Counted from the stretch's first letter, positions 38,576-48,020 are shown. The stretch is 64,000 bases of DNA from an uncultured Microthrixaceae bacterium (GCA_963695115.1 CAVOFX010000002.1:4427-68426), one strand, 5' to 3'. The notes: a model not told the origin generated them from the letters alone. Translations and numbers: made by a program.

Positions 38576-39187
38576 TCACTCGGGCGGCCTGAGCAGGCGG
38601 TCGAAGACGGTCGCGACCCCGACCTGGCGTCTCGGCTCGTGGCTTCCCCCGACCTGCAGCACCGCCATCAGGAGACCGAGGAGCAGCGTCTCCGCGCCGT
38701 CGGCGAAGGCCTGGGGGTCGACATCGGAGCGGGCGATCCCTTCGGCCTGGGCCCGGCTCGCCTCGTCCGCGATCCAGGAGCTCAGCTCGGCCAGAGCCGG
38801 CAGGTTGAGCAGTCGCGTGAGCTGGGCCTGCTCACGACCGGCCAGGACCCGTCGGGCGAGGGGGTGCTGATCGAGCAGGCCGAGGATGTGGAGCAGGAGG
38901 GTGAGCACCAGGTCGTGGATCCCGGTGCCTTCGGTCCGCCGGCGTGCCTCGTGGATGATCGCGGCGGCATCGGCATCCACCGCAGCGTCGAAGAGCGCCT
39001 CCTTGTTCTCGAAGTAGGCGTACGCGGCGGCCTGGGTCAGGCCTGCGGCCCTCGCGATCTCGCTCACCGAGGTCGAGCGGTACCCCCGCTCTCCGAAGCG
39101 GTCGATGGCGATCTCCAACAGCCGCTGTCGGGTGCGCTCGCCCTTGGTGGCGGCCTCGACCTCGAGCCCGATCCCGGGGTCGGTCAT
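38576..39187 (-). CDS. TetR family transcriptional regulator (paralog B)
   Basis: ERTRQRLLEIAIDRFGERGYRSTSVSEIARAAGLTQAAAYAYFENKEALF. It is collinear with paralog A along its whole length. Confidence 0.85.
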   Translation of the reverse strand: MTDPGIGLEVEAATKGERTRQRLLEIAIDRFGERGYRSTSVSEIARAAGLTQAAAYAYFENKEALFDAAVDADAAAIIHEARRRTEGTGIHDLVLTLLLHILGLLDQHPLARRVLAGREQAQLTRLLNLPALAELSSWIADEASRAQAEGIARSDVDPQAFADGAETLLLGLLMAVLQVGGSHEPRRQVGVATVFDRLLRPPE

Positions 39188-39216
39188 GGGTTGAGCGTAT
39201 CAACTCGGGGTCAGAG

Positions 39217-39228
39217 AATCTATAGATT
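39217..39228. promoter_or_regulatory. perfect 12-bp palindrome AATCTATAGATT in the AT-rich divergent TetR/LysR intergenic region (candidate operator)
   Basis: It sits 30 nt from the TetR-B start and 60 nt from the LysR start, in the most AT-rich stretch of the window. No binding data are available. Confidence 0.4.
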
Positions 39229-39287
39229 GACAGCTCTTATTGAAATCTCAGGATCCACCGCTCGGGAGCGGGGCGTAGGGTGGTGGG

Positions 39288-40223
39288 GTGCCAGGGCCCG
39301 AGTACGACCTCGACATCGGTGCCCTGGAGCTGCTGAGGATGGTCGCCCGCGAGGGGAGCGTGGCCCGCGCCGCCGATGCGCTCGGGGTTCCGGCCCCCTC
39401 AGCCAACGCTCGCCTGCGCAACCTCGAGCAGCAGCTGGGTGTGATCCTCCTCGACCGGACACCGACGGGATCCAGCCCCACCGAGCTGGGTGCGCTCGTG
39501 ATCGAGTGGTCGGCCGACCTGATCGACATGGCCGGGCGGCTCGTGGCCGGCGTGGAGGCGCTGGCCGCGACGACCCGGCGCCTGAGGATCGCCGCCAGCC
39601 ACACCGTGGCCGAGCACCTCCTCCCCTCCTGGCTCGCCGGGTTCCGGCGCAGGTATCCCGACGTCACCCCCGAGATGGCGGTGGCGAACTCCTCGGAGGT
39701 CATCGAGCGGGTGAAGGCCGAGGAGGCGGTGGTGGGCTTCATCGAGAGCCGGTCCGCGCCACGTGACCTGGCCTCCCTGGTGGTGGCCGACGACGACCTG
39801 GTGGTGGTCGTGGACCCGGCGCACCCATGGGCGGCCGACGGCAAGCCGCGTAGGGCCGACGATCTGGCCACGGAGCCGCTGGTGGTGAGGGAGCGTGACT
39901 CGGCTACCCGGGAGGTCCTGGACCGAGCGCTGCGGAGGGCCGGCATCGACCTCGACCACCCGGTCGTGGAGATGAGCTCCAGCAGCGCTGTCCGCAACGC
40001 GGTGGTGGGTGGTCAGGCGCCCGCCGTGTTGAGCCGGCTGGCGGTGGGCACGGATCTGAGGGAGGGGAGGTTGGTGGAGGTGCCGATCTCCGATCTGGAT
40101 CTGGCACGCCAGCTACGAGCCGTGTGGCTGCGCCGGCGGCCCCAGCCGGAGATCGTCACCGACCTCCTCGATCAGATCGTCCGGGAGCGCCGGTCGCGGC
40201 AGTCTGCTTCGGAGCGTCGCTGA
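39288..40223 (+). CDS. LysR family transcriptional regulator
   Basis: The N-terminal wHTH is LELLRMVAREGSVARAADALGVPAPSANARLRNLEQQLGVILLDRTPTG, followed by a LysR substrate-binding domain. The start is GTG. Confidence 0.85.
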   Translation: MPGPEYDLDIGALELLRMVAREGSVARAADALGVPAPSANARLRNLEQQLGVILLDRTPTGSSPTELGALVIEWSADLIDMAGRLVAGVEALAATTRRLRIAASHTVAEHLLPSWLAGFRRRYPDVTPEMAVANSSEVIERVKAEEAVVGFIESRSAPRDLASLVVADDDLVVVVDPAHPWAADGKPRRADDLATEPLVVRERDSATREVLDRALRRAGIDLDHPVVEMSSSSAVRNAVVGGQAPAVLSRLAVGTDLREGRLVEVPISDLDLARQLRAVWLRRRPQPEIVTDLLDQIVRERRSRQSASERR

Positions 40224-40233
40224 TCCGGTCGGG

Positions 40234-41229
40234 TCACTCGGCCAGCCCGACGGGGCGGCCCTCCTCGATCTGGTCCAGGTACTCGGACAGCCCGTAGCCG
40301 ACCCGACCGTCCTCCAGGGTCCACTCGGTGAGGCCCTCGGCGATCCGGGTCACCTCGCCCTTGCGGCGGTTGCGGAGAGGGATGAGGTTCAGGACCCGTC
40401 CGGTGATGACCCACTCGCGCGTCCCGTCCGAGCTGCCCGATGATCGGAGGGTCGCGTGGACCTCACGTTGGTTCTGGTCGTCGGTCCACTCGGTGGAGAG
40501 CTCGAAGCCGTCGCAGAGGGTCACCTGCCCGTCCTCCCAGACGAAGCCCCCTCGGATCCCCTCCCGGTCGCGACGAGCGACGCGTGAACCCATGAAGCCG
40601 AACTCCGGGCCGAAGTTGGCGGTGAGCCAGCGGTAGTAGAAGGGGGCCTGCCAGGTCCGTGGCCCCCAGGAGTGGTCGCGCAGGCCGAACCCGCTGATCC
40701 CCCATTCGTCTCCGGCGACCCGGACCGTGCCGGTCGCGGAGACGAGCTGCTCGTAGTGGCCGCGGGCGAACTCCTCACCTTCGGACTCGGGCTCGTCCGA
40801 CTCGCCACCGACCATGTCGCTGACTCTCCGGTAGTCGAGCTCGATCGTGCAGTCCTCGAACGGGTTGTTGGCGAACGCGGCCCTGGGGTCAGCCATCTCC
40901 AGCGGCTGGTCCAGGACGAGGACCTTGCCCTCGTACGAGACGGTGAGCTGCTCGAACGGCTCGACCACCTCGAAGCTCATGCCCCCGGCGTCGAACGCGT
41001 CGTTCCCGGAGATCTCGGGGCGCTGGTACATGAAGCCGACGCGCCCGTCGGGCAGGTAGAGGCAGACGCTCATCTCGGCGTAGCCCTCGTTCGCGCGGTT
41101 GCCGACGCGGAACCATCCGCCGAGCTCGACCGCCGGGTCGTAGACGTTGAAGTACATGCTCTCGTTGAAGGTCGGCTCCGGACCGAGCTCGTGGAGGTAC
41201 TCGTCCTGCGGGTCGAGACGTAGGGCCAT
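40234..41229 (-). CDS. conserved hypothetical protein (331 aa, beta-rich)
   Basis: The composition is non-biased and the ORF is long and intact (MALRLDPQDEYLHELGPEPTFNESMYFNVYDP...GLRDHSWGPRTWQAPFYYRWLTANFG...). I do not recognise the family with confidence. Confidence 0.7.
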   Translation of the reverse strand: MALRLDPQDEYLHELGPEPTFNESMYFNVYDPAVELGGWFRVGNRANEGYAEMSVCLYLPDGRVGFMYQRPEISGNDAFDAGGMSFEVVEPFEQLTVSYEGKVLVLDQPLEMADPRAAFANNPFEDCTIELDYRRVSDMVGGESDEPESEGEEFARGHYEQLVSATGTVRVAGDEWGISGFGLRDHSWGPRTWQAPFYYRWLTANFGPEFGFMGSRVARRDREGIRGGFVWEDGQVTLCDGFELSTEWTDDQNQREVHATLRSSGSSDGTREWVITGRVLNLIPLRNRRKGEVTRIAEGLTEWTLEDGRVGYGLSEYLDQIEEGRPVGLAE

Positions 41230-41359
41230 GGCGCGCTCCTCGGTGGGCCTCCGAGCGGGCGCTGCGGAGGCCGGGCGGAACCGGCGGATCGACGGATCGC
41301 GGCTCGAAGCTAGCGCCTGGGCGGGGAGGCCGCGCCCGGAGTCGGGCCGCCTCTCAGGG

Positions 41360-42445
41360 TCACCGGGCCAGGCGGCGTACCTCGCGAAGGTGCTCCACGA
41401 AGTCCGGGAGCCGGTGGTGGGCGTTCGCTCCGCTGGGGTTGGGCATCACGTACACGGTGGTGTCGTTCCAGCTCCGGGGCTGGGGGCCCGGCTCGGCTCC
41501 CCGGTCGATCGCCGACCGCCACCCGGCGAGCCCGACGACGCAGAGCACCGAGGGCCGGAGCCAGGAGACGAGGCGCCCGAGCCTTGCGGCTCCGTCCCGG
41601 TACTCGTCGGGACCCAGCTCGCGGGCCGAGCGGGTCGTGCGCTTCACCAGATCGGTCATCCCCACCCCATGGGCTCGCAGAGCATGGACGGGATCTCGGT
41701 CGCGCGTCACCAGGCCGGCCTCGAGCGCGGCGGGCCAGAACCGGTTGCCGGGTCGGGCGAACCCGACCCCGGCCTCGGAAGCGGCCGGACTCGGGTTGAG
41801 GCCGCACAACAGCACGCTGAGGTCGGGTCCGACCGTGTCGGCGAGGGTTCGCTCGCGGTTCGTCAGGACGTGGAGCTCGGGTGAGCCTCTCCGGGTGGGC
41901 CTCTCGTTCCACTCGGCGACGGAGAACCCGCCACCTGTGATCACGTCTCGCAGGAGCTGTTGGGGCCAGAGCGAGAAGAGCCGGCCGGCGAAGTCGTCGC
42001 GCTCGAACGGCTCGTGCTCGACGTCGCCCTCGAAGAGCACGAACCGCGCAGGCGCACCGACCGCCAGAGCGCGGTGCAGATCCCACAACGCCATGGGGAC
42101 CGCGGAGCGGGGCAGGTGCACGTAGCAGCGGCTCGCCCAGGCCCCGCCGAGGGAGCGGGGACGGAACGGGAGGGCACCCAGGTCGGCCCGGACCCTGGTG
42201 GCACGGGGGGCGTGGTCGGGGACCATCTCCAGCATCGCAGCGGCTGCATCGAGCGCGATCACCTGGTCCCCCAGAGCGGCCGAGTGCCAGCCCGGGCCGC
42301 AGCCCAGGTCGGCCACGGGACCGAGCCGGGCGCGGCCGGCCAGCGCACCGAATCCCTCGGCCTCTTCGGTCGACGCCGGCGCCCGGAGGCGCGCCCAGTC
42401 GTCCGCCCTCTGCTCGTAGACCTCGAGGGTCGAGTCGCCGGTCAA
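41360..42445 (-). CDS. fusion protein: class I SAM-dependent methyltransferase (N-terminal) + Mug/TDG-type (UDG family 2-like) DNA glycosylase (C-terminal)
   Basis: The N-terminal half carries SAM motif I (VADLGCGPGWHSAALG) and ...ASRCYVHLP. The C-terminal half carries LLCGLNPSPAASEAGVGFARPGNRFW...GVGMTDLVKR...LCVVGLAGW...VYVMPNPSGAN, the G(I/L)NP(G/S) and (M/L)PNPSG motifs of Mug-like glycosylases. Confidence 0.75.
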   Translation of the reverse strand: MTGDSTLEVYEQRADDWARLRAPASTEEAEGFGALAGRARLGPVADLGCGPGWHSAALGDQVIALDAAAAMLEMVPDHAPRATRVRADLGALPFRPRSLGGAWASRCYVHLPRSAVPMALWDLHRALAVGAPARFVLFEGDVEHEPFERDDFAGRLFSLWPQQLLRDVITGGGFSVAEWNERPTRRGSPELHVLTNRERTLADTVGPDLSVLLCGLNPSPAASEAGVGFARPGNRFWPAALEAGLVTRDRDPVHALRAHGVGMTDLVKRTTRSARELGPDEYRDGAARLGRLVSWLRPSVLCVVGLAGWRSAIDRGAEPGPQPRSWNDTTVYVMPNPSGANAHHRLPDFVEHLREVRRLAR

Positions 42446-42455
42446 CCGATCCGTC

Positions 42456-42755
42456 TCAGAAGAGCTCGAGCTGCTCGGTGGAGGTGGCCTGCCGGCTCAC
42501 CGGGACCCACTGGACACCGCCCCGAGGGCCGAGCACCCGGACTTCGAGCTGTTCCACGAGCAGCGCGCGGGCAGCTCCCTTGGCATCGCGCACGCCGACG
42601 CTCCCGTCCTTCTCCCTGCCGACCACCCGTCCCTCCTTCCAGTGCTCGCTCGCGCGTCTGCGGAACCGGACCGTGTCTCCAGCTCGGAGTCCGAGCTCGG
42701 TGAGCTCGGAAGGCGAGGAGGCCGCAGACAGGGGCGAGGAGGGCTTCCTGGTCAT
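42456..42755 (-). CDS. small hypothetical protein (99 aa)
   Basis: MTRKPSSPLSAASSPSELTELGLRAGDTVRFRRRASEHWKEGRVVGREKDGSVGVRD... The ATG at 42755 overlaps the SDR stop (ATGA), so I prefer it to the track start at 42806. Confidence 0.5.
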   Translation of the reverse strand: MTRKPSSPLSAASSPSELTELGLRAGDTVRFRRRASEHWKEGRVVGREKDGSVGVRDAKGAARALLVEQLEVRVLGPRGGVQWVPVSRQATSTEQLELF

Positions 42756-43531
42756 TCGAGGTACCCGACGAAACGGGCGTTCAGCTTGCGCATCCCGGCG
42801 AGCCATCGCTCGTAGTCGCCCGCCTTGCGCTGGAGGTACATCTCCACCTCGGGGTGCGGCAGCACGAGGAATCGCTCGTCGGCCAGCGCCTCCACGACAG
42901 CGTCGGCCACCTCTCCGGGTTCGAGCATGCCGTCGAGGCCGACCACCCCACCACCGTCACCGAGGCCGGTGGTCATCTGCGTCCGCACTCCCTGGGGGCA
43001 GAGGACGGAGACCTTGATGCCCTGGTGGGCGTGGCTGATCGAGAGCCACTCTGCGAGCGCCACCGCCGCGTGCTTGGTCACCGAGTACGGGGCGGAACCG
43101 ATCTGGGTGAGCAGCCCGGCCGCGCTGGCCGTGTTGAGCAGGTATCCCGACCCCCTCGCGATCATCCCCGGGAGCACCGCCCGGGCGGCGTAGACGTGAG
43201 CCATCAGGTTCACACCGATGATGCGCTCCCAGTCCTCGTCGCAGGCCTCGACTCCACCGGCCACCACGATGCCCACGTTGGAGCAGAACAGGTCGATCGG
43301 TCCGAAGGCCTCCTCGGTCGCCCGCACGAGCGCCTGCACCTGGGCCTCGTCGGCGACGTCCGCGGCGAAGGCCAGGCCGCCGACCTTCGCAGCGAGCTCC
43401 TCGGTGGCTGGGACGTCGAGGTCGGCGACCGCGATCCCGCGTGCACCCTCGGCGACGAAGCGCTCGGCGAGGGCTCGGCCGATGCCGTGCGCTGCACCGG
43501 TGACCACAGCGACCTTGCCCCGCAGCTCCAT
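42752..43531 (-). CDS. SDR family oxidoreductase
   Basis: MELRGKVAVVTGAAHGIGRALA...NVGI...SAAGLL...YSVTKHAAVALAE. This is the tail (259 aa) of track ORF 42752..44017. Confidence 0.9.
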   Translation of the reverse strand: MELRGKVAVVTGAAHGIGRALAERFVAEGARGIAVADLDVPATEELAAKVGGLAFAADVADEAQVQALVRATEEAFGPIDLFCSNVGIVVAGGVEACDEDWERIIGVNLMAHVYAARAVLPGMIARGSGYLLNTASAAGLLTQIGSAPYSVTKHAAVALAEWLSISHAHQGIKVSVLCPQGVRTQMTTGLGDGGGVVGLDGMLEPGEVADAVVEALADERFLVLPHPEVEMYLQRKAGDYERWLAGMRKLNARFVGYLE

Positions 43532-43630
43532 GACCTGGACTCTAGGGAACCGGAGGTGGGTGAGCGCCCATCCGGCGGTGTCAGAGAGCACCACGGTGGG
43601 AATCCTGCTGCGACCCGCTAGAACCCTTTC

Positions 43631-44746
43631 GTGTCCTTGGCCCTCCGTGAGATCCGCCGACGCTCGGGTCGCTTCGCCGTCCTCGCCTCGGCCGTCACGG
43701 TGCTGGTGTTCTTCCTCCTCTTCCAGGAAGGGCTGCTCGGGGGCCTGGTCGAGCAGTTCGTCGGCGCGCTGCGGCACCAGGACGCCGAGGTGCTCGTCTA
43801 CAGCGAGCAGGCTCGCCAGAACGCCCAGGCCTCGATCGTCTCCGACGAGACCGTCTCCGCGGTGGCCGGGATCCCCGGCGTCGCCGCAGCGGCGCCGCTG
43901 GGTGTCGGGGTGTTCACGGTCGACACGGCGGAAGAGCGGACTGACGCCGCCGTGTTCGGGTACGAGCTGGGCGGTCCCGGCGCCCCCACGACGCTGAGCG
44001 AGGGCAGGCTTCCCCAACGACCCGGTGAGGCCGTCGTCTCCGCCGGCGCGGGGGAGGGCTTCGGCATCGGTGACGTGGTCGTGGGCGTCCCGGGAGGTGA
44101 GGAGATCGAGGTGGTCGGCCTGGGCGACGAGCTCGCGTTCAGCGTGCTACCGACCCTGTTCACGTCGTTCGACACCTACACCGAGCTGCGGATCGGTCAG
44201 AACCCCGACGCCGTGTCCGTCCCTCCCTCAGCGGTGGCGGTGCAGCTCGAGCCCGGGGTAGAGCCGACCGCGGTGGCCGAGGAGATCTCCTCCTCGATCC
44301 CGGGCACCGAGGCGCTGACCCGGGACGAGGCGGTCCGGCAGGCACCGGGAGTCGAGGCGGTGCAGCAGTCCTTCGCGGTCGTGCTCGCACTCGGCTACAC
44401 GGTGGTCGGGGTCGTGATCGGGTTCTTCTTCCTCATCCTCACCACCCAGAAGCTCCCCCAGCTCACGCTCCTCCGGGCCCTGGGAGTCCCTGCGGCAAGG
44501 CTCATCGTGACCCTCGCGGTGCAGGTGATCGTCCTCGTGGTGGTGGCTCTGGTGGTAGGTGGCGGTCTCGCTGTGCAGGCCCTCGCGTCCGGCACGTCGG
44601 GAATCGATGCCTCGCTCTCGACGCAGCAGCTCGTGCAGACCGCCACCATCGTCGGGGCGATGGCCTTCCTGGCCGTGCTGGCTTCGGCCAGGCGGATTGC
44701 ACGGATCGACCCGGCGCACGCCGTGGACGTGGGGGGTGTGCTGTGA
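43631..44746 (+). CDS. ABC transporter permease (FtsX/MacB-like), subunit 1
   Basis: MSLALREIRRRSGRFAVLASAVTVLVFFLL..., then a periplasmic domain, then ...LTLLRALGVPAARLIVTLAVQVIVL...ARRIARIDPAHAV. Confidence 0.85.
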   Translation: MSLALREIRRRSGRFAVLASAVTVLVFFLLFQEGLLGGLVEQFVGALRHQDAEVLVYSEQARQNAQASIVSDETVSAVAGIPGVAAAAPLGVGVFTVDTAEERTDAAVFGYELGGPGAPTTLSEGRLPQRPGEAVVSAGAGEGFGIGDVVVGVPGGEEIEVVGLGDELAFSVLPTLFTSFDTYTELRIGQNPDAVSVPPSAVAVQLEPGVEPTAVAEEISSSIPGTEALTRDEAVRQAPGVEAVQQSFAVVLALGYTVVGVVIGFFFLILTTQKLPQLTLLRALGVPAARLIVTLAVQVIVLVVVALVVGGGLAVQALASGTSGIDASLSTQQLVQTATIVGAMAFLAVLASARRIARIDPAHAVDVGGVL

Positions 44747-45848
44747 GGGTGGCAGCTCGTGAGCTGTGGCGAAGGCCCGGGCGCTTCGCCCTTGCGGGCG
44801 GTGCGATAGCGCTGCTCTCGGTGCTGCTGTTGCTGCTGGGTGGTCTGCTCGACGGGCTGTTCCTCGGCTCGACGGGCGCGATGCGAGCGCAGGACGCGGA
44901 CGTCTTCGTGTACTCGAGCGACGCGCAGGAGTCGTTCGTCCGGTCACGGATCTCTCCGGAGCTGCGGGCCGAGGTCGAGGAGGTGGAGGGGGTGGATCGC
45001 ACCTCGGGCCTCGGCGTCGCGCTGGTGGCCGGTAGTGACGGAGCGCCGGACGGCTCCGACGATCTCCTGGATCTGGCGGTGATCGGGTACGAGTCGTCCA
45101 CCGATGTCCTCCCGACGCCGCCCGGAACCGGTGAGGGCTACGCGGATCGGAGCCTCAAGGCTCGAGGCGTGGACGAAGGAGACGTGGTGGCGGTCGGGCC
45201 GACCGGGGTAGAGGTGGAGGTGGTCGGGTTCGTGGAGGACACCGACTACCTGCTTCAGGGGAGCTTGTGGGTGACAGCGGAGACATGGCGCGAGGTCCAG
45301 TCGAGCTCCCGACCGGATGCGGCGGTGGGCCCGGGCGTGTTCCAGGTCGTGCTGGCACACGGGGACGGCAGCGTCACCGCCGAGGAGCTCGCAACCGACA
45401 TCGACGAATCGACCGGTGGTGCAACCACTTCGCTGACCAGGGAGGAGGCGGTGTTCTCCCTGCCGGGGACGCGAGAGCAGAACTCCACCTTCGGGGTCCT
45501 CATCGGCACCGGGTTCCTGGTGGTGGGCCTCATCACGGCGCTGTTCTTCGTGCTGCTCACCATCGAGCGCACCCGCCTCTTCGCCGCGGTGAAGGCGTTG
45601 GGGACACCGAGCTCGCGGTTGGTCGCGTGGTCGACCTTCCAGGCGACCGCTGTCTCGGCCGGCTCGTTCCTGTTGGGGGTGATCGTCACCGTCCCCCTTG
45701 CGGCCGTCGTACCGGACGCGATCCCTCTCCGCCTCGAGCCGGGCGCGCGGTCGCGACGGGTCTCCTGCTGCTCGCCACGTCCGCCTTGGGAAGCCTCGTC
45801 ACCCTCCGTCGCATCGTCCGGATCGACCCCGCCAGCGCAATCTCCTAG
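44743..45848 (+). pseudogene. ABC transporter permease (FtsX/MacB-like), subunit 2; apparent -1 frameshift near 45740-45746
   Basis: MRVAARELWRRPGRFALAGGAIALLSVLLLL...FAAVKALGTPSSRLVAWSTFQATAV...IPLRLEPG is in one frame. RAVATGLLLLATSALGSLVTLRRIVRIDPASAIS* follows in the frame of ORF 45267..45848. Confidence 0.8.
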
Positions 45849-45855
45849 GAGGACC

Positions 45856-46614
45856 ATGACCGCGCTCGAGTTGCACGATGTCCGAAAGGTGTACCCGTCG
45901 GGCGACAGCGAGGTGGTTGCTCTGCACGACGCGACGCTCGAGGTCGGCGGCTGCGAGCTCGTCGCGCTCGTCGGGCCATCGGGATCGGGGAAGAGCACGC
46001 TGCTCTCCATCGCGGGTGGGCTCCTCACCCCGACCTCCGGCTCCGTGGTCGTGTCCGGCGAGGAGATCACCGGCTACAGCCTGAAGGAGCTGACCGCGTT
46101 CCGCAGGCGGCACGTGGGCTTCGTGTTCCAGTCGGTGAACCTCGTCCCGTTCCTCACCGCGTACGAGAACGTCATGATCGTGCCGGATCTGACCGGCTCC
46201 AACGACCGCGACGTTCGAGCTCGGGCGGAGCAGCTCCTCGAGGAGCTGGGCCTACGGGAGCGCCGTGACAACCGAGCCGGTGACCTGTCCGGAGGGGAGC
46301 GCCAGCGGGTCGCGATCGGGAGGGCACTCATCAACCGCCCTCAGCTGGTGCTGTTCGACGAGCCCACCTCGGCGCTGGACACAGAGCTGGGAGAGCAGGT
46401 CATGGGGCTGATCCGACGCGAGATCCACGACCGCTCGATAGCAGGGATCATGGTCACCCACGACCGCAGGATGACCGAGTACTGCGATCGGACGCTCGAG
46501 ATCTCCGACGGTCAGCTCGCCGCGGCGCGCATCGTCGATTCGACGACCGCCCAGCGGTCCTCCCCCCAGGGAAGCGGCATGAGCACGGGCCTCTCCACGC
46601 CACCTTCGACGTAG
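45856..46614 (+). CDS. ABC transporter ATP-binding protein (MacB/LolD-type)
   Basis: AGGAGG precedes the ATG at 45856. Walker A is GPSGSGKST, the signature is LSGGERQRVAIGRAL, and Walker B is LVLFDEPTSALD. The last ~30 aa overlap the convergent LLM gene and look non-conserved. Confidence 0.9.
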   Translation: MTALELHDVRKVYPSGDSEVVALHDATLEVGGCELVALVGPSGSGKSTLLSIAGGLLTPTSGSVVVSGEEITGYSLKELTAFRRRHVGFVFQSVNLVPFLTAYENVMIVPDLTGSNDRDVRARAEQLLEELGLRERRDNRAGDLSGGERQRVAIGRALINRPQLVLFDEPTSALDTELGEQVMGLIRREIHDRSIAGIMVTHDRRMTEYCDRTLEISDGQLAAARIVDSTTAQRSSPQGSGMSTGLSTPPST

Positions 46615-47492
46615 TCCTCGACGGTCCTCCGGACCTTCTCCTCATCCCCCATGACGTCGATCTCGTCCGCCATACGATCAGAGATCGCGGCGAGCGCGCC
46701 CTCTCGATCGCCCGCCCGGTGCCGCTCGCGCACCTCGGCCACCTCGTCTCCGTAGCCCGCGCGCTCGAAGTTGGAGGCGTACGCGTCCACCACGGCGTAC
46801 GAGAAGAGATCGCGCCGCGCGTAGTCGATGCCGTGCTCGCGATCGCACACCCCTGCGTGGACGTAGGCGTAGATCGTCGCGTCGCCGCCTGCCCGCACCT
46901 GGCTCACGGACCACGGGACGTGCGAGGCGGGCAGGTAGTTGAGCAGCACGCCGTCGGCGACCTCGCCCGCCAGGCGAAGCATCGCCGGGTTCAGGGCACC
47001 GAGGAGGATCTTGGGTCGCCTCCCCTCGAGACGCACACCGAGCCGGAACCGGCGCACCCGGTAGAAGTCGCCTTCGAACGAGACGCTCTCGCCGCCGAGG
47101 CAGTCGCGCAGCAGCGCGACGTACTCGCGGACGCGGGCGAGGGGCCGGTCGCCGTACGCGATGCTGTGCCAGCGCTCGGTCACGACCGGCGAGGAGATCC
47201 CGATCCCGACGAGGATCTCGCGGTCGGGGTGCAGGGCCTGAAGCGTCGCGGCGCCCATCGCCACGAGCATCGGCGAGCGGAGCTGGAGGGCGAGCACCCC
47301 GGTTCCCAGATCGAGCGAGGGGGCGGCCTGGCCGATCGCCGAGAGGGTTGCGAACGCCTCGGCGCCGACGGTCTCGGCGGTCCAGAAGGAGGTGTAGCCG
47401 ATCTCCTCGGCGAGTCGGGCCGCTCGCAGGCCTGTGTCCAGCCCGAGCGCTTGGAAGCTGGCGAAGGTGACCCCGAGCGGAGCGGCCGTCAT
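46512..47492 (-). CDS. LLM-class F420-dependent oxidoreductase
   Basis: MTAAPLGVTFASFQALG...IGYTSFWTAETVGAEAFATLS...LGTGVLALQLRSP...GIGISSPVVTERWHSIAYG... I prefer the ATG at 47492 to the track start at 47570. Confidence 0.85.
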   Translation of the reverse strand: MTAAPLGVTFASFQALGLDTGLRAARLAEEIGYTSFWTAETVGAEAFATLSAIGQAAPSLDLGTGVLALQLRSPMLVAMGAATLQALHPDREILVGIGISSPVVTERWHSIAYGDRPLARVREYVALLRDCLGGESVSFEGDFYRVRRFRLGVRLEGRRPKILLGALNPAMLRLAGEVADGVLLNYLPASHVPWSVSQVRAGGDATIYAYVHAGVCDREHGIDYARRDLFSYAVVDAYASNFERAGYGDEVAEVRERHRAGDREGALAAISDRMADEIDVMGDEEKVRRTVEDYVEGGVERPVLMPLPWGEDRWAVVESTMRAAAS

Positions 47493-47778
47493 GGCCGGCC
47501 AGGCTACCGGGAGCCGGATGTCCGGGCCGGCGGCCGGGTCGGGTGTGCGCGGGTCGGAGGAGCGTGGCACCGGCTCTCCGTGGGTCGGTCAGGGCAGGGA
47601 GTCCGCGGCTGCTGGCGACGTGGTGTCGGTCGGCCCCCGGGTCGCTGTAGGCGTCTACCGCGGCGCCGGGCCGATACTGACAACCGAAGCCGCCCCCGGG
47701 TGGGTATGGTTGTGCCGACCGCTCCGACCGTGACCCCGGTCACGGAATCGGAACCCGCCGAGGGAGGTTGCACAGGAC

Positions 47779-48006
47779 ATGGTTGCTGATGTGGTGAGCG
47801 AGACACGGGACTTCGAGGTCGTGCAGGACGCCATCGGGATCATCGACGGCGGTCTGAGCACACTGCAGCACCGCGAGATCGTCTCGGCGGCAGAGGTGAC
47901 CGACCTTCTCCTGGATCTGCGAAGCCTCCTCGCGGGGGTCTCGAGCCCTCTGTCGGACATAGAGGATCCGCTTGTGCCCGACATAGGGGCCTCGCTCCCC
48001 ACCTGA
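47779..48006 (+). CDS. small acidic hypothetical protein (75 aa)
   Basis: GGGAGG lies upstream. The composition is non-biased (MVADVVSETRDFEVVQDAIGIIDGGLSTLQHREIVSAAEVTDLLLDLRSLL...). Confidence 0.45.
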   Translation: MVADVVSETRDFEVVQDAIGIIDGGLSTLQHREIVSAAEVTDLLLDLRSLLAGVSSPLSDIEDPLVPDIGASLPT

Positions 48007-48020
48007 CGACCGACCGCCCT

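Noticed and set aside
46512-46614. 103-nt convergent overlap between the ABC ATPase 3' end and the LLM oxidoreductase 3' end, considered as a possible antisense-regulation feature or a missed frameshift.
   Set aside because: No alternative frame gives an earlier stop for the ATPase. The overlapping ATPase tail is non-conserved-looking and is most simply a late stop codon in GC-rich DNA. There is not enough evidence for a regulatory claim.
47726-47745. Inverted repeat GTGACC-CC-GGTCAC upstream of the 75-aa ORF at 47779, considered as an operator.
   Set aside because: It is a short GC-rich palindrome of a kind expected by chance in 64 kb of ~70% GC DNA. The downstream ORF is itself uncertain.
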